Source of the DNA: Lingula anatina | Lineage: Eukaryota > Animalia > Brachiopoda | Direction: 5' to 3' | DNA length: 64,000 nt | NCBI GenBank assembly: GCA_051362555.1 | Contig: CM120648.1 | Location: 10,722,587 to 10,786,586 of the forward strand | Shown here: one piece after another, positions 14,197-26,400 of the stretch | Layout of the letters: every line of letters starts with the position of its first letter | Numbering within the stretch: position 1 is the stretch's first letter | The notes under the pieces: generated by a model | The model's database searches: none | What the model saw: the letters and a program-made list of their open reading frames with translations, nothing else | Told to the model about the DNA's origin: nothing | Position numbers and translations under genes: made by a program

Positions 14197-16761
14197 TGGA
14201 CAAAAGAAGTGTCACCCCCTAACTCAGAGTAATAAAAGTAGGCCGATCTTGGGTACTTATAATGCCTGGTCTACTTATAATGTGCCTAATGAGTATAAAA
14301 GCGCTATACCATGGAATTGTATTGTTGGTCTTGTACATGTACAGCAAATGTTATTCCCGTCTTCCTCCAATATGACAAGATACAGGCAATTATATAACGG
14401 TTATAGGTGCAAGTTATGAACCTGAAGAGGTGGAATATAAGCAATGTCAGAATATCGATACAATTGAATTGTTCAGTCAGAACCGTGCAGAGGGTCTGAT
14501 CTCGGTATAGAAACACTGGATCAAGAGACAAATTGCCTCTGATGGGTTGTCCAAGAATAAATACTGGCCGTGAAGACCGACGACTGATTTTGATGTCCAG
14601 GTTGTCAAAGTTCGACACTGCTTGTCAGTTGACAACACAGTGGAACAATTTCACACATAAGAATGTGTCTGTGAAAATTGCTAGGCGTCGGTTACATGCT
14701 CAGAGAGTGTACAGCAGGGTAGCAAGACTGAAACCTCTTATATCGTTACAAAACAGGCAACGTAGAGTAAACTAGGGTCAACAGGATCTGGAACTGGACA
14801 GTTCATGACAATTAGTCCTATATATTTTTTTCTGATGAGTGTCGCTTTGGTCTGACCTCTGATGACAGACGGGTACTATGCTGGCAAAGTGCTGGTAAAG
14901 CATTTGAACCACGTGCACTTAATTTTCGAACCCGGAGCAGCATATTCGTCATGGTGTGGGGCTGCATCAGCATCCATGGCTTGGGCGAGTTGATAGTGGT
15001 TGATGGAAACATGAATCACTAGAAATATATCGATGTTTTGGAGTCAGGCTTGCTACCATCTACTACTAACATGTTTGGTGACAGGAATTATCCATTTGTT
15101 CACCAGGATGACAATGCTCCTTGCCACAGGCCCAGAGCAGTTGATGATTGGTTTGACAAACAGGACATTCGCAGGGTGATGTGGCCTGCCCAGAGTCCGG
15201 ATGCAAACATAGTAGAAAATATGTGGAATGATATGTCAAAACTTTTTACAAATGCCCGTCTAACCGGCAGAGAAACTCTGTTATATTCAGTGTTTCATGC
15301 TTGGGCCAGCATTAGCCCTGAACGCATCAGACAATTATATGAAACCTTGCTTCGTAGACTGGCACCTATTATTAGGTCACGTGGCTATGCCACTAAGTAC
15401 TAATTTTGGACTTGAAACTGCATATTTTGGTAGACTGTATATTTTGTTCTCATTTTGTGATTTTTTGTGAAATTTGATGTTAATAAAATGATACCAGGAG
15501 CATATCATTCCGCAGTCATTTATCTCCCCCATAGTATTGGCTCAGTAGGGATGACACTTCTTTTGTCCAGTGTGTGTATATAAATACAAATAAACAACAA
15601 TGCTAACGGTATCAAACATGACACTTCTTTCTGCTGTTTCTGCAATATAGCCAATGGATAATGCATGTACGTATACAAATTCCATTGCTGAGTTCATAGA
15701 GTTTTTTCCTTCACAGACAAGTGTGTTGTGGATGGGGAACTCTTGGCACAAAACGAGAGCAGAGTAATTGGATGCATATCTTGTATCTGCCGTCTGCCAA
15801 AGCCAGTCTGTAGAAGCATTATGTAAATTATTCTCTCTCTCTCTCTCTCTCTCTTCCGAAAAGTTGTGACGCCGTACAAATAAACCAACTCAGCTGTTAA
15901 CTATAATAGAATGAGTATTTTTTGTTTTTCCATCAGAATTGGCATTTAATTGCATGCAGATCCAGATATCTGTAAATTCGTCTTCTTGCAAAAGGGCACT
16001 AAAAGAATTGAAATAAAACATCTACAAGGTAACTTTCGTTAAGTGTGACATGCACATTATGACCCCTCTGTATGCACATTATGACCCCTCTGTATGCACA
16101 TTATGACCCCCCTGTAAGTAAATTCTAAATATAAAAAAAAAAAACTAAAAAAGGAAATTATTCCAGTTGTCAGTTATGGACCCCGGATATGATTCCACCT
16201 GGGTGTCAGCTTATAACACTTCCTGGGAAATGCTGTCAGGAACTTGACTGTAGCGGGTCTGTTGCAGCCAATGCTGTGTCAACCAGGACAGCCCTTACGA
16301 CGCCATCTATAGTGACGACTTCCATGGCTCCTAAGAATCCATGTGACCCAAACCCATGCCCCAAGGACCCTAAAGGCAACCCGGTACAATGTCATTTAAA
16401 ACCTAAAGAGGGGACGTACCAGTGTAAAATGCCAAATGGTAAGTGAAATCTGAGAACAAATTACAGGTAGTTTCCATAGTTTTATTCTTATGGATATACG
16501 TTTGTTTGAGTTAGTTGTCTACTTTTGTTCAATATTAGAGTCTATTGTCAGTTTTATTTACCATTTTTCGTTTTCTTGGAGATTTTGAATTGTGAACACT
16601 TTATAGAATTTAGGTATTAAAGAGTGTTAGTGAACTAGGGAAGATAATCACAGACATGCTACGAGACACAGAATAAAAATAAACATGGTTGTGAAAGAAA
16701 AATAGCTGGGTATTCTGCTTCTGAATACAAAACACACACACAAACACACACACACACACAC

Positions 16762-16819
<58 letters not shown>

Positions 16820-17935
16820 TCAATATACATACATGCGTCAAGTATGGCAATTCCCATTGCAGTTCATGCAGTGCTAAACGTTACAGAATACATATACAAA
16901 TCAGATTGTCGAAAATAAAGAAATCATTCCAGCTTCATTTCTTACAGACACATGTATTGTTGATGGGTGGCTCTTGGCACGGGACAAAAGGATGGTGATT
17001 GGGTGCAAGTCTTGTGTTTGCCGTCTTCCACACATCAAAGAGCCAGTCTGTAGTAGCATGTAAGTAACTTAACCCTCTCTATCTATGTCTCTCATTCAAC
17101 CATAACCATTCCTTTCTCATAACTGTCTATTCTCTCTCTCTCTCTTGAAGCCCGTAAAAGTCAACCAACACAGCTGTAACTTAATAGAACGAAAATATTG
17201 TTATGCGAGCTTTCTATCAGTGTATTTAAAGGCCATGCGAAAGAATTATGAACATGCACGTGCATCCACATCTCAGTATCTCAAAGAAAGGATACTGAGA
17301 CACTTCCAGAAATGTTAGTAAATGTTATAAATACCAACACCCATTTTCTGTTTAAGATGTAAGTCATGGACCCCAGACATGATCCCACCTGGGTGTCAGC
17401 TTATCACACCTCCTGGGAAATGTTGTCGGGAACTCGACTGTAGCGGGTCTGGGGCAGCCAATGCTGTGTCAACCAAGATAATCCCTATGGCGCCATCTAT
17501 CGTCACGAGTACAATGGCTACGGCGCCATCTACCCTGGCTCCCATCAATCCATGTGACCCAAACCCGTGTCCCAGAGACGCCAAAGGCAAACCGGTATAT
17601 TGCCGTGCGAAACCTAAAGATGGGACGTACGAGTGTAGAATAGGCCTACCAAAGGGTAAGTGAACACTGAAAACAATAAAGTTAACATAGGTTTTATTCT
17701 TATGGATAGACATCTGCTTGATTTGTCACCTGCTGTATGTACAAGTGCTTAGTTTTCTTTACCATATTTCATTGCTAAAAATATTTTGAATTGTAGCACC
17801 TTTTTTATGGTAAGAAAGGGTAAGAAATAATTTGCAATTTCAATAAAAACAAAAGAAAGAAAATAAGGGAATAAAATCAGAAACACACAATATAAAATGA
17901 AATAAAGACAGGCTGGGTATTCTGCTTCTGAATAC

Positions 17936-17976
<41 letters not shown>

Positions 17977-18797
17977 ATATATATATGATGTCGACATACA
18001 TACATGCATCAAGTACGACAAGTGAATACAGAAAAAATATAGTCAACATGGATTTAATTCTTATGGATATATATTTAATGTGTTGTCTGGTTTTTGTACA
18101 CGTGTTCATTTTTCTGTTAACCGTTTTGTAGACGCTTCTTAGAGTTCAGAAAAATGCAATTTTAATTAACACGAAATAAAGAAAATACGGGAAAAAACAT
18201 CAAAGACATGCAAGGTATATGAAATAAATATATAAATTGGTGTAAAAATTAATATGACGTTATCTACTTTTAAATCATTGCAAAATGCAAATAAAGTCTA
18301 AATTAAAAGGATACATGACATTTTTCCTGCAATTTTGGCAACATAGTCAACAAATTATGCATGTATGTATACAAATCACATTGATGATCCCATAGAGTTT
18401 TGCCTTTTACAGACACGTGTGTTGTGGATGGGCAACCTTTGGCACGGAACGAGATGAGAGTAATTGGGTGCAAGACTTGTATTTGTTTTGATCCGCGTGC
18501 CAAAGAGCCGTTCTGTTATGAAACGTATTCGTAAGTTCTCTCTCTCTCTCCCTCTCTCTCTCTATATATATATATAATTCTGTAACCGTCGCCTGTTCAA
18601 ATATCCGACAGAACTTGATACTATCAGAAAGGATAATATTAACTCTTCTGTCCAAGTTTGCATTTAAAACCAAATCCATTCATTCCAGTTGTCCTCTGTG
18701 GACACCTGATAAGATACCATCTGGCTGCCAACCTGTCAGACAACCAGGGAAATGTTGCCAAGAACTTTATTGTAACCAACCAACCACAACCACTTAA
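11707..18797 (+). CDS. Array gene C: secreted protein with 4 VWC-like and 4 mini-EGF modules, about 650 aa, ended by a TAA before the mucin tract (truncated gene or young pseudogene)
   Basis: Exons 11707-11751, 12244-12724, 12924-13041, 13512-13804, 15717-15822, 16167-16438, 16948-17059, 17357-17655, 18413-18530, 18689-18797. All introns are GT-AG and frame-compatible (1953 nt). The frame stays open past the TAA to a donor after 19407. A decayed terminal exon lies at 19724-19825. Confidence 0.75.
14190..15576 (+). mobile_element. Tc1/mariner (DD34E) DNA transposon, full length, with inactivated transposase
   Basis: About 29-bp TIRs (CACACACTGGACAAAAGAAGTGTCAYCCC, 1 mismatch) flanked by TA, inserted in a (TA)n tract. 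Transposase motifs FSDE, VMVWGCIS, HQDDNAPCH and WPAQSPDANIVENMW are present, with 34 residues between D and E. There are several in-frame stops. The paralogous intron at 5869-5935 is the empty site. Confidence 0.95.
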
Positions 18798-21685
18798 CCA
18801 ACCACAACAAAACCCACCACCACAACTACACCAACCACATCCACAACAGAACCCACCACCGCACCCACACTAGCCACATCCACAACAGAACCCACCACCG
18901 CACCCACACCATCCACAACCACAACAAAACCAATCACCACACCCACAGCAACCATAAGCACAAGTAAACCCACCACCACACCCACAACCACCACAACCAT
19001 AACAAAGCCCACCACCACACCAACAACAACTATTACCACAATGAAACTCACCACCACAACCACACCAACCACAACCACAATTAAAGTCACCACCACACCC
19101 GAACCAACCACAATGACAATCAAACCCACCACCACACCTTCACCAACCACAACGACAACCAAACCCACCACTACATCTGCACCAACCACCTCCCCAATGA
19201 AATTTACTACTACAACATCATCGAAATCTACCACACTTGCACCAACCACAACTACAATGAAACCCACATGGAAAAGTATTCCCACAACCACCCCAGCCCT
19301 CCTGAACACCTGTGAGCCAAACCCGTGTCCTAAAGATGCTAAAAGTCAGCCTGTTGCCTGTCAAGTGGAACATGCAGACGGGAAACATGAGTGTGGCAAA
19401 CCAGATGGTAAGTTCTTTCTGTGCACATGTTTCTACTTTATTTTGAGTTTCCATTTTTATTTATTAGCGTTTGCCCAATCCTTTCCAATAACCATACTGT
19501 ATAATGATTATGTATTTTGAAATGTGTTGAGGAACTTCATTTTTTTTTGTATCTGGGCTTATACAATGGAATATAGACAGAAACAATCAAAGTAAATCAA
19601 AAAGCTTATATCGTTTAATGTTTAATTAAGATAAATACATGCAAGAACTAATACATAGATACTGAATGTTATGCCATGGGGAAACAAACTACTGTGGTTT
19701 GAAATGTTGATGTATCACACTAGATGGACCCCTGATCAGATTCCACCTGGCTGCCAGCTTATCACCCCTTCTGTTGCCAAGAACTTGACTGTAGCTGGAC
19801 AGCAGCGGTTCCTTTGGGGAAGTAAAATGCAGTGCCACCATCTGCATCGTATCTGAGGGCAACAGCAAATGTTAGACATTGAACATTTATTTGGGAAAAA
19901 CGTTAAATGAGGTGACACAGTAACGTAACTTACACAAGTCAAGTGAATTATACTTTCCTCGCCATGTCAAACGTAATAAAAACAGCACTTAATTTGCATG
20001 AGAAAATGTTTTAGATTTTTATTTTAGCTGTGCATGTAGATTCATATAAAATCACTGTATTCATTGCTAATATACAACGATTTGGGGTCGTCCTTGAGAT
20101 AAATCGTACAAATTTGAGTTATTAAATACCAGTCTCTATAAGAATCAGAAAAATTGCACGTTATTATGAAATGACCCTTTAAGATTTTGCTTGTGTAGAA
20201 TTATACGCCTAAAACTAATGAATTAAACCCTCAAAGTTGAATATTGTCATTAATTAATTTTAAGAGAATTTATAACAGGGCTTGAATTTTGAACTCCCCC
20301 AATGGTTTACTTTATGGAAAGTTCAGGTAGCAGAATCTGGTGAGACCTCACATACAGGTTATCACTGACGATTTTTAGACAGTTACGTGATTTTCGGGTT
20401 GGAAAAAAGGAAATAAAAATTATGGACATTTCTGTGATCTTGTTTAAGAGAACTTGGACTTATTGATAGCTTCAAACAGAGAGAAATTTGAACAAAAAGA
20501 AATTTAGCTTTTTTTTTAATTTGGCTTATCTGAGGACCTACCTGTATAATCTGGACCTAATATCTAGACTCCCACAAAAATCTGGATGGTATGGGACAAT
20601 GTCGCACAAAACAGAAATGCTACTTTGTTAAAAGCAAGCAAGAAACAAAAAGGAAAACGTAAAAAAAATTTTAAGCCAAACCATTGTTTATATAAAACAT
20701 AATAAATTCATACTAATGCCAGTACCGTATAAATGCTATTTACGAAACGTTTCAAAGTAAACAGGAAAATGATGACCGGGGATTAAATTTGAAATGCCGA
20801 CCTGTTAAAATTAAAGAACTCGTGAGAAAAAGGAATCCCTCTTTTTCTCTCTTTAAAACATACATGCAGAACATACATACTCAGGATCAGTCAGTTCATT
20901 TACTATCGTTTAAAGCCAATCGAACAATCGAAATAAGACCAAAATCCACTAGTGCATAAAGGCACCATGCCAACAACAGATTTACTTAGTGTGCTGTCCT
21001 TGTAGTCTGACACCACGAACGCGTGTAGAAAACGTAATCAGCTGTTGGCCGTTATCATCCACAACGAAGTTTGAACCACCTGTCTGATTCCCGTCCCGGT
21101 GAGGGCTAAAAAGGATAGAAAAATAATTGGGATTTTTAAATAACATATCTGCCATCGACAATTAAACGTACGTGTTTCTAATCGTTTTAAAACCAGGTAT
21201 GTCAATGCGATTGTGTCTGTGCTTGTGCTAGCCTATCTTTGATCACAGAAGTGCGTAGTTGTGTGCATGCTCAATATATCATAGGCTTGCTTGAAGATGT
21301 CTTCTTGCTAATGTATTTAAGGACGTGAAGACTAACCATTCGAAATTTATGGAATGTATATCCTTATCTCGGTATGGAAAAAGCAGGTTTTATTGTTATC
21401 GGTATAATTTCAAAAAAAAAATTATCTATTTCTGTAAGATTCAGCAACCAACCACTTTTACCTTCCCTTTCTACTTTCATAACATGATCTAAAACAAAAA
21501 TAAGTCAATGGTAGAAGTGATAGCCTTTTTTATCACATTGATTTGCGTTAATCATATTCATCGCAACATACACGGTTGGACAAAAATTATTAAAATCATT
21601 TTTTCTAAAGAATTGAAAAGTTGAACACCCTCCCGCTTCTGTCTATTTATGGTCCCCATCCCAGACCTTATCGTACTAAATGTGA

Positions 21686-21877
21686 ATCGATCTATCTCCT
21701 AGGGGTTTCTCGCTAAACTACAATCAAGTTGAGCGTTTTAGTTATACGTCTGTCACGCCTATTGAAGCTGCTAGAGGGTAATTAATTATCGTTTGGCAGC
21801 TTCAGTAGCTGTGCCAGACATCTAAGCCGCTTAAGCTGAAAGTAATTTAGCGATAAACCCCTCGGAGATGGATCGAT
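21686..21877. mobile_element. Fold-back MITE-like element in the gene D upstream region (left arm only at about 11380-11480 upstream of gene C)
   Basis: Long imperfect inverted arms ATCGATCTATCTCCTAGGGGTTTCTCGCTAAA...TTTAGCGATAAACCCCTCGGAGATGGATCGAT. Absent from the equivalent gene B upstream position (about 2410). Confidence 0.6.
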
Positions 21878-22085
21878 CTTGATAGATCGATCTAGGTATG
21901 GGAACCCAGTCCTAGTCTAACACTGTGTCCCCGTTTCGAGTTCAGTACGTGTCACCTTAAATGATAATCAGGACATCGTGTCACCTTTCGTGACTTACAC
22001 AGCTGGAATTCGGTCTAGAGCAGACGTGCCTCTGAGACGCTATAGTCTCAGTTCAACTCTTCCCTGCTGGGCGTACGCGGCGAAT

Positions 22086-23419
22086 ATGTGGTTTTTATTG
22101 CTGACCGTGGGTATTACGGTATCCACGCTGGTAAGTCACAATTATACATATATTTTTTTCAAAGTAATATGGCGTTTCCCCTTAAACCACTGTATTCATG
22201 GCTTTTTATCAACTGAAATAATTACTTTTCACAAGTATTCTATCCTTTTTTTTTTTTTTCTTTTTGAGGATCATTGATCTCCCCTCTCAAAAAAAAAAAA
22301 AAAAGAAAACCTTACTCGTGAATCATTGTACGGAAAGTTCTTGCACTAAGATATTAAGTACACCAATTCTAATGAAATATTTAAGCTCTAAATAACTGAA
22401 CCGACTTTTTGGCGGCCTTGTCTTCCTGTACGTTTCAAATTGAAATATCGACATATCGAAATATTGTTTATAAGGTCTGCTTTATACACATATTGTATAT
22501 AGAAGATATGACCTTGGTAAATTTTCAAACTTGTGAAGTAGAACGCAAAGGTGATCTGTCACTAAATTTTAAAGTATTACAATGTCGAAGAGACTAATTT
22601 CTCATATTTTTGTAATCCAGCAAATTGGTGCCGCAAAACAAGGTACGCGACAAGGTAAAATGATCGTAATGTTCAATGACGGAAAGTGGAGTTATGTCTG
22701 TATGAATGACGTCGATGGCGATGACGCACTTCCAAGAGAGCCTAGAATACCGTGCAGATGGATAGATGTCACTAGAGGAAACCACGAGACCTCCATATTC
22801 AACGCCGATTATGTAGATGAGCATAGCTTTCAACATGTGTTTGACCAAGAAGAAAAGAATAAGCACAAACGCGACAACAATAACCCACACCTTGCCAGGG
22901 GATATCCTGCAACCCAGCAACGTAAAACTCGTCACAAGTCGCCAAAAGAGCCAAAACCAAACCCTGATCCAAACAAAACTCAAACAGTTCCCCAGAACCC
23001 CTGTGACCCAAACCCGTGCCCAAGAGACGCCAAAGGTAATCCGGTGCATTGTCATGTGAAACCTAAAGAGGGGACTTACGAATGTAGATTACCAAAAGGT
23101 AAGTGAGTGTTGAAGATGTTTTCGTGTTCTCAGTTTAGCTTTTTTTCTTTTAGGATTGCAAATATTTTAATATGTTTCATAGTACAAAAATTTTACAGTT
23201 TCTTTATTATGTCCACTGTAAATTTGTAGGTCAATAGAAAGCAAAACCTTTGAATTATTATTAACAATTTTAAAGCGCAACGCTTGTTTCTTACAGACAC
23301 GTGCGCTATAGATGGAGAACTCTTGAAACTGAACGAGAAGAGAGTAATTGGGTGCAAAACTTGTATATGTCTTAATCCGCATATGAAAGAGCCGTTCTGT
23401 ATTAATACGCACTCGTAAG

Positions 23420-23451
<32 letters not shown>

Positions 23452-26400
23452 GTCATCCAATTTCCTTCCCCCTCTTTCTTTAAAACCCTACCTTTATTCT
23501 CTCTCTCTCCCTCCCCCTTTCTCTCTGGTGAGATTTTGCTGCCCAGGAGAAAGATCTTATTCTCTCTCTGAAGAGAGTAATCGACATCCCTAAAAATCAT
23601 CAACAGAGCTGTTAGGACATTGCTACTGGATTTTGAATTAAAGTCCACGTGAATACATTTTGCAAAAAAAAAACATGCACACGCATTCAGTTCTCAATTA
23701 ATAAGGCCACTCATCACTCAGAAATGTGAAATGAAATTTTGACAAATTTAACAAAGCGAGTTTTAATTTTACTTCTTTAGTTATATGCATACTGTGGCCG
23801 CTTTCTATATGAAAGTATGCATGCATACTGTAAAAAACGTACACTATTCCAGGTGTCAGTTTTGGACCCTAGATATGATTCCACCTGGGTGTCAGCTTAT
23901 CACACCTCCTGGGAAATGTTGTCAGGAACTCGACTGTAGCGGGTCTGGGGCTGCCAATGTTGTATCAACCACGACAGTCCCTACGACGCCATCTATCGTC
24001 ACGAGTACAATGGCTCCCAAGAATCCATGTGACCCAAACCCATGCCCCAAAGACCCTCATGGCAACCCGGTACATTGTCATTTAAAACCTAAAGAGAGGA
24101 CGTACGAGTGTAGAATACCAAAGGGTAAGTGAGAACTGAGAACAACTTAGTTTCCATAGTTTTTATTCTAATGGATATACGTAGTTTGAGTTAGTTGTCT
24201 ACTTTGGTTCATTTATATTGTCAGTTTTGTTTACAATTTGTGTTGCCTTGAAGATTTTGCATTGTGCACACTTTGTAGAATTCAGGTAATCAGGAGATGT
24301 AATTAACTAAATAAACATAACATAACACAATCACAGGCATGTAACGAGACACGGAATAAAAAGTAAACATGAATGTGAAAGAGAAAAGCTGCTTATTCTG
24401 CTTCTGAATCCAAAATCATATAGATTTCAATGCAAATAAAAAAAGTGATGTTGACATACATACATGCAACAAGCATGGCAATCCGAACTCCGGTTTTTGC
24501 AATACTAAAATATAGACAATACATTTACAAATCACATTGCCGAAAGCAAAGAGATCATTCCGGCTTTGTTTCTTACAGACACGTGTATTGTTGATGGGTG
24601 GCTCTTGGCACGGGACAAAAGGATGGTGATTGGGTGCAAGTCTTGTGTTTGCCGTCTTCCACACATCAAAGAACCAGTCTGTAGTAGCATGTAAGTAACT
24701 TCTCTTTATCTCTCTATTTTTTTTTTTTTTTTTTGAGCCCGTAAAAATCAACCAACACAGCTGTAACCAATATTAATAGAAAGAATTTTTTATGCGAGCT
24801 TTGCTATCAGTATGTGTATTTATAATAGATGCGAAAGAATTATGAACATGCACGCGTTACTCGAAGAAGGGATACTGTGACACTTCCAGACATGTTAGTA
24901 ATACCCCCTTTACACTGGACGGCTTCCTTTCTGCGACCATGAAATTTGGCATCGCTGTGGTCTTAATAAGGAGGCACGAGCATTGATTTGGTATCAGAAT
25001 GAATGCTCAATGATCGGCCAGTTGTCGGCACGTAAAGTATTATAATTTTTTAACTCTCAAATGGGGCCGAACTGCTGGACGCAGAAGGGACGCCGTCCAG
25101 TGTAAAGGGGGCTCAAATGCTATAAATACCAACACCCATGTTCTGTTTAAGATGTCCACCATGGTATCCACATATGATTCCACCTGGGTGTCAGCTTATC
25201 ACACCTCCTGGGAAATGTTGTCAGGAACTCGACTGTAGCGGGTCTGGGGCTGCCAATGCTGTATCAACCACGACAGGCCCTACGACGCCATCTATCGTCA
25301 CGAGTACAATGGCTCCCAAGAATCCATGTGACCCAAACCCATGCCCCAAGGACCCTCATGGCAACCCGGTACATTGTCATTTAAAACCTAGAGAGGGGAC
25401 GTACGAGTGTAGAATACCAAAGGGTAAGTGAGAACTGAGAACAACTTAGTTTCCATAGTTTTTATTCTAATGGATATACGTATGTTTGAGTTAGTTGTCT
25501 ACTTTGGTTCATTTATATTGTCAGTTTTGTTTACAATTTGTGTTGCCTTGAAGATTTTGCATTGTGCACACTTTATAGAATTCAGGTAATCAGGAAATGT
25601 AATTAACTAAAAAAACATAACATAACATAATCACAGCCATTCATGTTGATTCACCGTATAGATCTTGGTAATAATAGAAGTATAAAAATTTTGATGCATC
25701 TAGAAAGATCTACATAATAGTTGTTGAATACAGTCCGAGCTTTCGGCCCCTGGGCCTTCTTCGGGGATTATCAATAATAATCAAATGATTATCAAATGAT
25801 AATCAAAAGTTATTCTGCTCCTGAATCCAAAATCATATAGATTTAAATGCAAAAAAAGGTGATTTTGACAAACATACATGCATCAAGCATGGCAATCCGA
25901 ACTCCGGTTCCTGCAATACTAAAATATAGACAATACATTTACAAATCACATTGCCTAAAGCAAAGAGATCATTCCGGCTTTGTTTCTTACAGACACGTGT
26001 GTTGTTAATGGGTGGCTCTTGGCACGGGACAAAAAGATGGTGATTGGGTGCAAGTCTTGTGTTTGCCGTCTTCCACACATCAAAGAACCAGTCTGTAGTA
26101 GCATGTAAGTAACTTCTCTCTCTCTCTCTCTCTGTCTCTCATTAAACCGTAACCTCACTTTCCTCATAACTGTCCATTCTCTCTCTTTCTCTCTCTCTTT
26201 TTTTTTTTTTTTGAGCCCGTAAAAATCAACCAACACAGCTGTAACCAATATTAATAGAAAGAAAATGTTTTTATGCGAGCTTTGCTATCAGTATGTGTAT
26301 TTATAATCCATGCGAAAGAATTATGAACATGCACGCGTTACTCGAAGAAGGGATACTGTTAGTAAATGCTATAAATACCAACACCCATGTTCTGTTTAAG

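Noticed and set aside
18794-19309. Val/Gly-rich and Cys/Gly-rich minus-strand ORFs (also 8485-9067 and 27429-28041)
   Set aside because: These are antisense shadows of the ACC/ACA-rich Thr/Pro mucin exons, with no independent splice or start evidence.
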